63,891 bases of DNA, filler included, from Octopus bimaculoides (GCF_001194135.2; 5 parts of 5 records of this genome joined end to end with filler, not necessarily neighbours in it), one strand, 5' to 3'. Shown: positions 11,408-23,559, counted from the whole stretch's first letter. Notes: generated by a model from the letters alone, not told the origin. Program-made: numbers and translations.

Positions 11408-12890
11408 CAGAGGAATTCCAAACAGGTCGCCCCTGGGAGCTCCTCTATGCTAATGACTTTGCTCTCATAGCAGAATCACTACCAGAACTAGAAGAAATTT
11501 CAGGTGTACAAGCAAGGTTTAGAATAGAAGGGCCTTAAAGTCAATGTTGCAAGAACCAAAGTCCTAGTAAGTAAGAAGGTCAACATATCACAAACCCCTT
11601 CAGGTAGATGGCCCTGCTCGATCTGTAGAACAGGTGTAGGTAGAAACTCCATAACAAGTACAGAGTGTAAGCTATGGATGCATAAAAGGTGCAGCAACAT
11701 CAAAGGAAGGTTAACCGGGAAGATAGCCTTTGTGGCAGATGCACAGGAGCAACAAACACTGCAGATGCTCAGAAAACTGAATCCATCAAATGCAAGAGAG
11801 AAACACTAGAAATAGTTGATAGCTTCCACTACATAGGTGACCAAGTCTTTACTGTGGGAGGATGCTCGGAGGGCATTACTACTAGAATAAGAATAGCCTG
11901 GGCAAAGTTCAGAAAGCTCCTACCTCTGCTGGTGACAAAGGGCCTCTCGCTCAGAGTGAAAGGTAGATTGTATGATGCACATTTACGAACTGCCATGCTA
12001 CACGGCAGTGAAACATGGGCCATGACTGTTGAAGACGTGTTGGCTGGAAAGAAATGAAGCTAGTATCATCCACTACATGTATAATGTCAGTGTGCACACA
12101 CGACAGAGTGGAAGCGGCCTGAGAGAAATGTTGGACATAAGAAGCATCAGATGCGGTGTGCAAGAGAGTTGACTGCACTGGTATGGTCAAATGCTGCATA
12201 TGGACGAGGATAGCTGTATGAAGAAGTGTCACCCCCTAACAGTGGAAGGAACCCATGGAAGAGGGAGACCCAGTAAGACATGGGATGAGGTGGTGAAGCA
12301 TGAGCTTTGAACGTTGGGCCTCACAGAGGCAATGACGAAAGACTGAGACCTCGGGAGATACACTGTGATTGAGAAGGCCCGGCAAGTAAAGTGAGATCAC
12401 AGCCGTAGCCTACACCAGTATCACATAACCAGCCCAATTAAAAAGTACCTTTTAATCGTTGAGCGACATGCCATGCTTGAAGAGACCTATTGAGTCAAGT
12501 AAAATCAAATCGAATCTAATCACAATCAAATGGAAATTGTAGTTGTGGCCGATACCAGTGCCACCTGACTGGCTCCCGTGCTGGTGGAAAACAATAAGCA
12601 CGATGCATGTGTGGGTCATTGCCTGTGCCGCCTGTGTTGGTGGCTCATAAAACGCATCATCCAAACATTGCTGATGCCAGTGCCACCTGACTAGTCCCTG
12701 TGCCATCGGCACATAAAAAGCACCCACTACACTCTCGGAATGGTTAGCATTAGGAAGGGCTGCCAGCTGTAGAAACTCTGCCAGATCAGATTGGAGCCTG
12801 GTGCGGCCTCCGGGCTTGCCAGTTCTCAGTCAAACAGTCCGAGCCATACCAGCATGGAAAATGGACGTTAAACGATGATGATGATGATGA
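11408..12890 (+). mobile_element. RTE LINE, 5'-truncated, degraded ORF with complete 3' tail
   Basis: PWELLYAND, PHD-like region, RIRIAWAKFRKLLPLL, AMLHGSETW and GRGRPSKTWDEVVKH, then the tail ending gttaaacgatgatgatgatg. Confidence 0.9.
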
Positions 12891-12896
12891 CACATT

Positions 12897-12932
<36 letters not shown>

Positions 12933-12958
12933 TTTATATATATATATATATTTACACA

Positions 12959-12991
<33 letters not shown>

Positions 12992-13714
12992 NNNNNNNNN
13001 NNNNNNNNNNNNNNNNNNNNNNNNNNNNNNNNNNNNNNNNNNNNNNNNNNNNNNNNNNNNNNNNNNNNNNNNNNNNNNNNNNNNNNNNNNNNNNNNNNNN
13101 NNNNNNNNNNNNNNNNNNNNNNNNNNNNNNNNNNNNNNNNNNNNNNNNNNNNNNNNNNNATATATGTTGTTGTACTTGGGGATGGTCATATTGCCAGTTT
13201 AGCCAATAAATATATATATATATATATATATTTTTATATATGACGTTGACCACTAACGTGGACATTCAATGTGCTAGAAATAGATCACATCTTGTGTCTA
13301 ATAAGACCTAAATTGTTCTCAACATGAAATATAGCGTGATACCAAAACGTAAGCGGGCAAGACATTTAAAATCACCGAAAAAGGAACATTCTTAAACAAG
13401 GACCGGTTTCAAAATTTAACAATCTTACCAACATGATAGGCTTGCCTCAATCCTTCAGGGGTAGTCTGAAGCATCCAAGCAACCAGGGATGTTTAAATCC
13501 GGAGGCACTCCTGGGAATCACCTGTGCGGGTACCATCTTGGTTAGAGGGCATCCAGAGGGAGGTAATTTACTGTTTAAACCGTAGTTTATAATGATATTT
13601 ATGTAGAGAATGGAGCAACAAATACGAGAAGAAGCAATTCTGTTGGGCTAGTTACCCATTGTTTTATTATGTGGATGTTATGTAATGAGTCATTGTGGAG
13701 GTTATGTAATTAGT

Positions 13715-13766
13715 CATTTACGCACATTTCAATATGGCCAATGGTTTGGCAGATCTCTTCAGAATG
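13715..13766 (-). ncRNA. Candidate type I hammerhead ribozyme (CpG-decayed)
   Basis: Minus strand CATT-CTGAAGA-GATCT GCCAA ACCA TTGGC CATATT-GAAA-TGTGCG-TA-AATG: core boxes, stem II, GUA cleavage triplet and stem I (CATT/AATG). Confidence 0.5.
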
Positions 13767-14000
13767 TTGAGGTGTATGTTAAGAGTTCATGGCGTGAGAG
13801 ATGTAGGAGAAGGGATTAGTGGATATATTAATGTATATGGTGGTATAATAATAGCGTTAGGTAAAGAAAGCCTTACGTTTTAGTTGAAGTTGTGTTGGTC
13901 TTCCTGTAGGGGGATGTAGGATGGGTGCTACTTAAGCTCATTATTCCGATTTTAATCAAATGCATCTCCACGTGATTTTATGATTGAGGGATGCGTCGTA

Positions 14001-14008
14001 TATTTATA
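14001..14008 (-). promoter_or_regulatory. TATA-like box in the putative pLTR
   Basis: Minus strand gcTATAAATAtacg upstream of the hammerhead-like motif. Motif match only. Confidence 0.25.
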
Positions 14009-14775
14009 GCACCGGCGGTGTTAGTACAGGGAAGCAACCCTAAATTTAGGTGAAAAGGGGGCTAACTCTGGTCTTATTCATAATTAATTATAATTAATTA
14101 TACTTAGAAGGAAAATTCTTTTATGCATATTTAGTTTTACTTAGGAAGTGAAAATGTATTATATATTTAATTNNNNNNNNNNNNNNNNNNNNNNNNNNNN
14201 NNNNNNNNNNNNNNNNNNNNNNNNNNNNNNNNNNNNNNNNNNNNNNNNNNNNNNNNNNNNNNNNNNNNNNNNNNNNNNNNNNNNNNNNNNNNNNNNNNNN
14301 NNNNNNNNNNNNNNNNNNNNNNNNNNNNNNNNNNNNNNNNNNNNNNNNNNNNNNNNNNNNNNNNNNNNNNNNNNNNNNNNNNNNNNNNNNNNNNNNNNNN
14401 NNNNNNNNNNNNNNNNNNNNNNNNNNNNNNNNNNNNNNNNNNNNNNNNNNNNNNNNNNNNNNNNNNNNNNNNNNNNNNNNNNNNNNNNNNNNNNNNNNNN
14501 NNNNNNNNNNNNNNNNNNNNNNNNNNNNNNNNNNNNNNNNNNNNNNNNNNNNNNNNNNNNNNNNNNNNNNNNNNNNNNNNNNNNNNNNNNNNNNNNNNNN
14601 NNNNNNNNNNNNNNNNNNNNNNNNNNNNNNNNNNNNNNNNNNNNNNNNNNNNNNNNNNNNNNNNNNNNNNNNNNNNNNNNNNNNNNNNNNNNNNNNNNNN
14701 NNNNNNNNNNNNNNNNNNNNNNNNNNNNNNNNNNNNNNNNNNNNNNNNNNNNNNNNNNNNNNNNNNNNNNNNNNN

Positions 14776-15923
14776 NGTTGGAGTTAGTTCTATTATTTGG
14801 AGGGTTGTTGATTTGGTTGTTCATGGTGTTTCTAGCTGTATAGAATGCGTCTAATTTCTTATTATTAATAGATGCTATTATGGTAGCTAAGTTGCATGTC
14901 AGGCTGTGGCCTATTCTTATTTTGTTCTTAAATATTTTTGCGTATTTATTGTTTACATTGAGGTGTTTATCTATTATGTTCATTAGTGAGCGGACTATGT
15001 TAGATTTGAGGTTCATGTTATAGGGAATGATTAGCCAGATCGTATCCTTATTGTTCTTGTTGCTATTATGGCCATATCTGGTATAGAACCTGCCATCATA
15101 ACTGGGAAGGCTGGTGAATTTTTCTTTACAGCTATCTAATTTATTTCTATAGTTATGTTTATTTTTGATATGTGTCTTTTCATTTTTTTCCTTGTTAGTA
15201 TTGTTAGGTATTTGTGGGCCCGATATATGGTTTCTTTTAGTCTGTTGGGTCTCCCTGTTATTTATGCTAAACTTATTGTTGTATTGCTTAATATTGGTTT
15301 TGTTCAGGTGGCTATTGTATTTCTGCTTCGTCTTGTTATTAGCCTTAATCGTCTTATTAATATTGTTGGTATTGGTGTTTACACTGTTGTTGGTATTTTT
15401 GGTGTTATGTGGTTTGGCTTTGGGACCTTTTGTATTTCTATTACATGTGTTATGTTTATCTGTGTCATTCATATCATTAGTGTGGTTTGCAGCGGTGTTT
15501 GGTGTGTTAATAGTGTATGTGTTTCTAGTGTTTAGATTCCCTATAGTTGGGTCTTTTTTATGGTTATTGTGTTCTATGAACTTAATTTTATGGTTAAATC
15601 CTGCTCTATGTAGTGCGATGTTGTAGGTTTCCTTATGCTTATTAAAAATATCTTGGTTAGAGGAGAGGCATGATATCCTATTGCTTATACTATGTGCTAA
15701 GCCTCTCTTGAGGAATAGTGGGTGGTTGCTGGATGCGTTTATGTATTTTAGGTTAGTATTAGGCTTTATGTATGGTTCATGTAGTCCTGTGGCTAGGTTG
15801 CAATTGGCGTCTAAATAGTTTATGGAGGTGTGTTCGTTTTCTATAGAAATGGCTAGTCCAAATCTTTTGAAGAATTTATGTAAGTTTTTCTTAATGAGCT
15901 CTAGTTTCCTATTCGAGGGATTT
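14776..15923 (-). CDS. Penelope-like RT polyprotein, partial (about 380 codons open, bounded by gaps on both sides)
   Basis: I translated upstream of the listed ATG at 15472 and found no stop up to the gap at 15924. Conserved PLE motifs flank a long N/T/K-rich stretch. Confidence 0.8.
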
Positions 15924-16023
15924 NNNNNNNNNNNNNNNNNNNNNNNNNNNNNNNNNNNNNNNNNNNNTTAATTAATTAANNNNNNNNNNNNNNNNNNNNN
16001 NNNNNNNNNNNNNNNNNNNNNNN
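15924..16023. other. Artificial scaffold spacer (44 N + TTAATTAATTAA + 44 N)
   Basis: The 12-mer has stop codons in all six frames, and an identical 100-bp structure occurs four times. Confidence 0.9.
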
Positions 16024-16057
<34 letters not shown>

Positions 16058-16719
16058 TCTACGATCAGAATTTACACAGAAATACAAATGACTGTGTGTG
16101 TATGCAAATATATATATACGCAAACATATATATTCATATGCATATATACACACACTCGCACATGCAAACACACACACACACATGCATGTGTGTGTATATA
16201 TTTGGGGTGAGGTCTTTAACATGGAATGTAAAACGGAACCAGAGAATGCTGGGACGTAGCCACTCAAACAACAACAAAAACGAACCAGTTTCTGACACTG
16301 CTGCAAAACCAGTAGTTTTTGAAGCAAGGGGTGAGTCGTTACCATCAACCCCAATAGTTAGTTGACTGGTACATTCGGAAGAATGAAAGGCAAGGTTCGT
16401 TTCGAACGATGTTTTGAACATAAATTGTAGAGGTCAGAACAAATGTGTCAAGGCATTTTTTTCGTATTTTAATCGGTTCGGTGCATTGGTAGATTGGTTA
16501 GAGAGTCGCAGTGAAGACAAGGATCCTTGTTCCAACTTTTTGCTCTCTAAAGTCACGTCAGATTTACCTTTTGTCTGGTGTCGAGAAAATTAAGTAGCTG
16601 TCATGTACTGGGGTCGATGTATTGCCTAATTCTTCCTGCGTAACTTGTAAAGCTGTATCTACGATAGAAGCAATTAATTATATTTCACAGCTATGTATCT
16701 GTTATACCAACAACCATCT

Positions 16720-17130
16720 ACACCTGTAAAGCCTGGAAGACGATAGCAAAAGTGTCTCAATTGTTGGACGTTTCCCATCGACATTGCCTATACAATCCAC
16801 AGCATCGCTTACCAGGACAGAGTAAGAAATTAAGAGGTAATACGAAGCTCGAGAATGGGAACTTTGCAAGTGACTGAGCGGCGGATACGGTTTTATTTGC
16901 CTTGTGCTTCGATTACCACAGGAAAGATATGCTACTATCGTGATGGAGTCGATGCAAGAAGGAAGAAAGAGACCGAGAAGACCAAGAAAAACCTGGTGCA
17001 GTAGTTCCGGGACGACATGACAGCGATGGGGAGTCGGCCCCGAGTGTATCCAGGAGGAAGGTGAGCAGTCGGGATACTTAGAGAAGGCTCACCCCGTTGT
17101 GCTGATAACATTGGAGGATGTAAGAGTAGT
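16720..17130 (+). mobile_element. Old RTE-like LINE 3' fragment
   Basis: Translates to ERRIRF...VLRLPQERYATIVMESMQEGRKRPRRPRKTWC. Confidence 0.7.
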
Positions 17131-17244
17131 GTGACGTGTTTGTGAATTAGAATTTTATCCTTGTTGTTTATTTTGTAATTTAACACCTGGTCATCCTTGA
17201 CTTCACCAGGCCTGTGATCAAAAGCATTCCTTCCGTAGCCATCT

Positions 17245-17488
17245 CTTATTTAAGGAGTAATGTACTACATATTGGTTTCAAATTTTGGCACAAGGCCGAC
17301 AAATTTAGTTCCACTATGTGAGACGATTATATCGACCCAGTGCTTCACTGGTACGCATTTTATCGATCCCCAAAAGAACGAAAGACAAAGTCGACTTGGG
17401 CGGAATTTGAACTCAGAACATAAAAACTGACGAAATGCGCCTAAGTATTTTGCCGGTGGGATAACCAATCTGCCAGTCCGCCGCCTTA
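17245..17488 (-). mobile_element. tRNA-derived SINE, CpGs retained
   Basis: ttggtttcaaattttggcacaagg...tcgatcccc...gtcgacttgggcggaatttgaactcagaac...ctgccagtccgccgcc. Confidence 0.85.
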
Positions 17489-19130
17489 GTAATATACTAT
17501 AAATATACTATATATTACCTTGTCTAATTTGTCCGTTTTAAAACGGTAGTGACTGGTGTGTGAAGGCGCATGGACATGTGTCGCGGGTATTGGGTTAAAG
17601 ATCACTAGGGTATAGTTTCGATACCCGGTCTAAGCTGCAGGTAATTATGTCTTTAAAGAAGGCAGTTCATGTTACGTCATGTCTGTATGCTTGGCTCAAA
17701 ATGTCTGCCAGCGATATCTAGAGTTCAAACGTGCAGCAGATGGCGTGTCGTTCAGAGGGAAGAGTGTCTTGTACGAGCCACTAAAACACTTTGAAAGTCC
17801 GGATAAACTCCACCACTTATGATCTAGTAAGGTTCAGGCATAAAGTGTTTTGAGGGCTATTTAGCTGCTGTTTCTAGCTTATTAAAGCAACTTTATTCAG
17901 CAAGTCTTATTCCACTAAGTCTTCTAGTCAAAGGCATTCCAACCGTAAGCATCCAGGCTTTTTTCTTTATTTGTATTGAAGGGAACTTATGATTTCATTG
18001 ATCCAACTTGTCCATTATTTTTTGAAAACTTTAGCATGTGATTTAAAGACGTTTTGACTGCTACTTCTAGCTTGCCGAGCAACCATACAGAGACCATTCA
18101 TCTGGCTCACCAATTAATCGCTTCTTAACGTACGACAAATTAACACTAATATCCAAATTACTTCACTTTCATATACCTAATTAATATTTTTTGATTAGCT
18201 ACAAGCAATTAACAGCTTCCAGAAGATCGATCGATGTAGTTAAACCAATTGCAACATGTAAAATCAGTTAGTTTAACAGCTGTGGTTGTTTTTTGTTTTT
18301 TTTTTTTGTTTCATTGCTGTTGTGATTTAACCCCAGGCCACCTCTGACCGAGAGGACCTATGATCAAAACTATTTCTGCATTTACATATGACCAAATAAT
18401 GTTCTAGTCTTGTTTTTTTTTTTACTTTGTCATTTTAACTCTTACGTTTTTCAAGGGAATGGTTCTTAATCATAAAAGCGAAACTATGCGGCGCTCCTAT
18501 ACCATGCGGCACTTTGTCTACCTGACTTAGGTAATTCAATGCCCGTTGCTCCATCCATCTCAGATGAAACGCTTATCCGCCTAGTGACGCTGATACCACN
18601 NNNNNNNNNNNNNNNNNNNNNNNNNNNNNNNNNNNNNNNNNNNNNNNNNNNNNNNNNNNNNNNNNNNNNNNNNNNNNNNNNNNNNNNNNNNNNNNNNNNN
18701 NNNNNNNNNNNNNNNNNNNNNNNNNNNNNNNNNNNNNNNNNNNNNNNNNNNNNNNNNNNNNNNNNNNNNNNNNNNNNNNNNNNNNNNNNNNNNNNNNNNN
18801 NNNNNNNNNNNNNNNNNNNNNNNNNNNNNNNNNNNNNNNNNNNNNNNNNNNNNNNNNNNNNNNNNNNNNNNNNNNNNNNNNNNNNNNNNNNNNNNNNNNN
18901 NNNNNNNNNNNNNNNNNNNNNNNNNNNNNNNNNNNNNNNNNNNNNNNNNNNNNNNNNNNNNNNNNNNNNNNNNNNNNNNNNNNNNNNNNNNNNNNNNNNN
19001 NNNNNNNNNNNNNNNNNNNNNNNNNNNNNNNNNNNNNNNNNNNNNNNNNNNNNNNNNNNNNNNNNNNNNNNNNNNNNNNNNNNNNNNNNNNNNNNNNNNN
19101 NNNNNNNNNNNNNNNNNNNNNNNNNNNNNN

Positions 19131-19168
<38 letters not shown>

Positions 19169-19218
19169 TATGTATATGCCTGCCTCAAAGTGGGTTTATG
19201 TATGTATGAATGCATGTA

Positions 19219-19276
<58 letters not shown>

Positions 19277-19799
19277 CATATATATATATACATATATATA
19301 TTTATATTTATATACATACATACACACACACATATGCGTGTGTCTCAAAGTGGATCTATGTTTTTTATGTATGTACGTATGAATGCAAGCATTTATCTTT
19401 CTGTATATCTATGTGTGTGTGTGTGTATACATATATACATACATGCATAATTTTAAGTCATGTTTTGTGATATGATTCATGTGCACACATGCATATATAT
19501 ATATACAAACACAATATGCATACACATATATGAGTATATATATTTTTATATATACCTGTGTATGTGTGTGTGTATGCGTGTGTATGTGTGTGTGTATGCG
19601 TGTGTATGTGTGTGTGTGTAAATATATAGGTACGCGTTTATGTACGTATATCTATACATACATTCTTACACGTACACATATACATATACCTATATATATA
19701 TATAGCAATACATATACCTGCATTATTTTTGTTTACTGAATTCTTGGAGATATTTCAAATTTCTAGGAATCAACACTTTTCCCTCTTCCAAACAAACTG

Positions 19800-19800
<1 letters not shown>

Positions 19801-19839
<39 letters not shown>

Positions 19840-19895
19840 TAATAATAATGATAATAATAATGATAATAATAATAATAATAATAATAACAATAATA
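19801..19895. repeat. (TAA)n microsatellite
   Basis: Direct reading. Confidence 0.95.
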
Positions 19896-20629
19896 ATAAT
19901 ATAAAATAAAACACTCACGAATAAATAATTTTCTGAAAATCTTGTTCATTTGTTGTTTCTCTTTTCTTTTTCTTTTTTTTTCTTTTTTTGATGATTTAAA
20001 GAGCATCATGGGAATTGTCATTTATTACTAAACTAAAATAACCTCGTTTAACTTAATGAAAAATCACTGTCAGATTAGAGAAATCTCCTGAGATTAATAA
20101 GGTCCTATTTAATTTATTTTTTCTATGTTTTCAGCGGCATTTGGCAAAGTTCTGTTGTCGTCGAGGTGAAATTTATTTTATCTCAACCTCCATAACAACT
20201 CGTCGGCAGAATTTATATCATGTTATATCACTTGATATTATTATTCTTGTTGTGGTTTTTATTGTTGTTGTTGTTACTATTTGTGCTATCTATCTTGTAC
20301 TTGTTTCAGTCAATAGACTGCAGCCACGCTGAAGCACGGCCTTGGGGAATTTTAGTCTAATGAATCGACTCTAGTACGTGTGCAGTTCTATTTTTCATTT
20401 TAAACTTGGGATTTATTCTATCAGACTCTCTTTGCCGAACCGCTAGATAAGGAAGACTTTAAAAACACCAATACCGGGTGACAAACGGTGGTGGGGAACA
20501 AGCATAGACAGAAACACACTCATACACACACAACACACGCACGCACACCTACTTTATTATCTCCCCTTCTTCCTAGCTCTCCTCTCTCACCACCTCCGTC
20601 CAGCCAGCCGCCTTGATCGACTGCTAGCC

Positions 20630-20770
20630 ATTAAAGCTTTTTTTTATTCTCTGTTTGTTGATTTCCTTGTGTTCCTTTCTGTTGAAGAGCGTAGTCTCAA
20701 AACGTAGAAAACTTTCTCACCTTCTTGAGCGTCAAACTAATACACCTGCTTGTTGTTTATACATCTGTCT
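20630..20770 (+). mobile_element. Penelope pLTR-like remnant (gaagagcgtag...aaacgt family)
   Basis: cctttctgttgaagagcgtagtctcaaaacgtagaaaactttctcaccttcttgagcgtcaaactaatacacctg. Homologous to 25480-25540 (-), 56150-56280 (-) and 62820-62940 (+). The Penelope assignment is inferred. Confidence 0.5.
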
Positions 20771-20849
20771 TCGTCTTTTTTTTTTGTAAATTCCAACTAC
20801 ATATATATACATACACATACACGTATGTATGTATGTATATACACACACA

Positions 20850-20896
<47 letters not shown>

Positions 20897-20925
20897 NNNN
20901 NNNNNNNNNNNNNNNNNNNNNNNNN

Positions 20926-20957
<32 letters not shown>

Positions 20958-20958
<1 letters not shown>

Positions 20959-21105
20959 GACTGGCCTCTGTCTCCCAAATCTACTCACAAACTTTGGTCA
21001 GACCGAGGCTATAGTAGAAGACTCTTCCCCAAGTTGCCACGCTGTAGGACTGAACGTGAAACCATGTGATTGGGAAGCAAACTTCTTACCACACTGCCAT
21101 TCCTA
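20958..21105 (-). mobile_element. CORE-like tRNA SINE (tggttaagaagcttgcttccc family)
   Basis: Homologous to 43945-44105 (+), 46595-46760 (+), 55540-55700 (-), 61690-61850 (+) and 62950-63105 (-). Confidence 0.8.
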
Positions 21106-21204
21106 TGTCTATAGATTGTTATTATTAGTTCAATGATCTTTATTGTTGTGGTTGTTGTTGCTGTCGTTGTTGTTATTGTTGCCGTTAGCATTGTCTTTCA
21201 TGCT

Positions 21205-21655
21205 ACAAGGCCGCGAACTGGCAGAATTGTTAGCAGACCGGGCGAAAGGCATAGTGGTATTTCGTCTGTCTTTACGTTCTGAGTTCAAATTCCGACAAGG
21301 TCGACTTTACCTTTCATCCTTTCGGGGGTCGATAAATTTAATTACCAGTTGCATACAGGGGTCGATCTAATCAACTGGCCCCCTCCCCCAGATTTCAGGT
21401 CTTCTGCCTACAGTAGAAAGGATTATTACACTTGCCGCTAAGGCAGCGAACTGGGTGAATCGATAGCACGCCCGGTGAAATGTTCAGCGAAATTTAGTCC
21501 TTTACGTTCTGAGTTCAAATTCTGCTGAGGCCGACTTTTGCCTTTTACTCTTCCAAGGCCGATAAAATAAGTACCAGTTAAATGCTGGGGACCGATCTGA
21601 TCGACGTACCAGCTTCTCGAACTTGCTAGCCTTGTGCCAAAGTTTAAAATCAATA
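21205..21655 (+). mobile_element. Two tandem SINE copies with different 3' tails
   Basis: First copy ends cttctgcctacagtagaaaggattatt; second ends gccttgtgccaaagtttaaaatcaat. Confidence 0.85.
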
Positions 21656-23084
21656 TTTTGATCCTAAATTGATTCTTTCTGTCTTTGTTTCCTATTCTTC
21701 CCCTCTTCCTTCCCTCCTCCTCTTCTCGTGAACCTCATCCTACATTTTCGTTTTCTTTTTCTTCCGCCTCTTCTCCCTCCTCCTTTTCCACTTTTCCTTC
21801 TCGTCGACCTCCTTCTTCTCCTTTTTCCTTTTCTTCTCTCCACACACTACTACACATTCAGAGACTTTAGAGCGCTAAATAGAACGCCTTGCAAACATTC
21901 AGTCCGTTCCATACACTGAATTCAAATCTGTCATTCATCTTTTCTGGAGAAAATAAATAAAATTAACAGAACTTTTGTAGCGAGGAAGGAAGATACAACA
22001 ATAATGATTAGTTTATATCTTATTTGGGCGGGCCTTTGTAGTATAACTAGAACAGCTTAACATCGCTTCACATCGCAACCCCCCACTCTGAAATGACTAG
22101 TAAAACATCATACCGGGACCCGGCTATTTTCAAAGACTTCAGAAAATTCCTGGATATAAAGAAGGTAATCGTTACCGTTTTGTGTAGGAATCCGGAAAGG
22201 ATCTCGATAATAATTCTTGACAGAATTCCTACAAGAAGCCCAACTAAGCAACCAAATTTCCCTCAAATAACATTGCGACCTTAAGACAGTTAAGAACACG
22301 TTAGATGATAATGGTAGTTCGTGGATTTCATTAACAGAGTGTTGTCACGACTGGGTTGCTCTTGAACGTTGGTCTGGTGTAGGCATGAGCAATCTCTTTC
22401 GAGAAGAGGGCGGCATGAGACAAGGCTCATTATCAGGTGGACCGCACAACTAAAAGTATTCATGATAATTGCTTTGTTAAACATGCTATTGAGAAAGTCC
22501 CGTGGGCCGCATGTTCCCCATAAGTGATCTATTCTATCGGGGTTGAATCGGAGGTTAAACAAAAACCTGAAAAACTTCGAGTATTAGCTGGCAAAGCGAA
22601 GTGTTATAAGGTACTTCGACGTCCTTCTCCCTACATCAGTCTCTACCTTTCTTTCCCTCTCCTAATCTCTCTCTCCCTCTCGCCGTCTCCCTCTCTCCCT
22701 CTCCCTCTCCCTCTCCATCACTCTGACTCCCCTTTCTCCTTCCTTCTCTCAACCAATTCTGCTCACTCACTTCCGCTGTCCGTCTAAATATTATTTTCTT
22801 TAACGCCCATGTTAAAATGGCGCTTAATATTACTTAACATTAGCGCTGCATTCATACTTCCCTTCCTTTTTGTGTAAGAAACTTTTAGTCCTGATATTCC
22901 TTTGTCAGATTCCAGTCAATAATACAGCAGCAAAACTAAGAAACAACCACTTTATGCAGTTTAGATATGATTGGAATATATATTCCTTGCATATGTTCCA
23001 GATTGGGAAAAATATATAAAAAAAAACGCCAACAATAAGCAAATGCGCGCGCACACACGCACAAACACATATATACGTGTGTAT

Positions 23085-23130
<46 letters not shown>

Positions 23131-23559
23131 GATGATGATGATGAAAGGCTAAAGCAAAAATTGAAGGAAAGAAGCTACGATCAATATTTTATAAGTGCAC
23201 CACTAGAGGGAGATATATGCACTTAATTGATGTGCTTTTCTCACGTTCCAAACCAATCGATAGCGAGTTCGCATTGACTTTTAGACCGGTGTATCGGCTT
23301 ATCGACTAATGAATTATAAGAGAAATACTAAAGATGGTTAGTTGGAGAGCGGAGAAAGAGAGGGAAGAAAAAAAATAATCAGAAATAAACAAGATAAACA
23401 AGGAAGAATATCGTCCAAAGAACAACTGGAAATAAAGGAGAAAATACTCAATAAAGCAGAAATAGTTTCTGTATTTAAGACATGTTTAGATTGAGGAGAG
23501 TTTTTATACAAAAGCTTGATCAATGGCGTCAGATTAGTGTTTAAGCACATCGACTGCTC

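Larger units (their letters stand above)
13240..15923 (-). mobile_element. Penelope-like retroelement: RT C-terminus/thumb, linker and probable 3' pLTR region; the endonuclease is probably inside the gap 14173-14775
   Basis: Minus-strand frame SINYLDANCNL...YIKPNTNLKYINASSNHPLFLKRGLAHSISNRISCLSS...YNIALHRAGF and TIWLIIPYN...IIDKHL...KIFKNKIRIGHS. Linkage of 13240-14172 to the ORF across the gap is inferred. Confidence 0.8.

Noticed and set aside
13240-14172. SECIS element for a selenoprotein-type Penelope
   Set aside because: No AUGA/GA quartet with correct helix spacing found by eye, and no in-frame TGA in the visible frame.
15155-15626. Hydrophobic membrane-protein-like plus-strand ORFs
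   Set aside because: Antisense shadow of the N/T/K-rich Penelope frame.
20135-20200. Acceptor tttctatgttttcag followed by short open frames
   Set aside because: Weak donor, no recognisable peptide and no partner exons.
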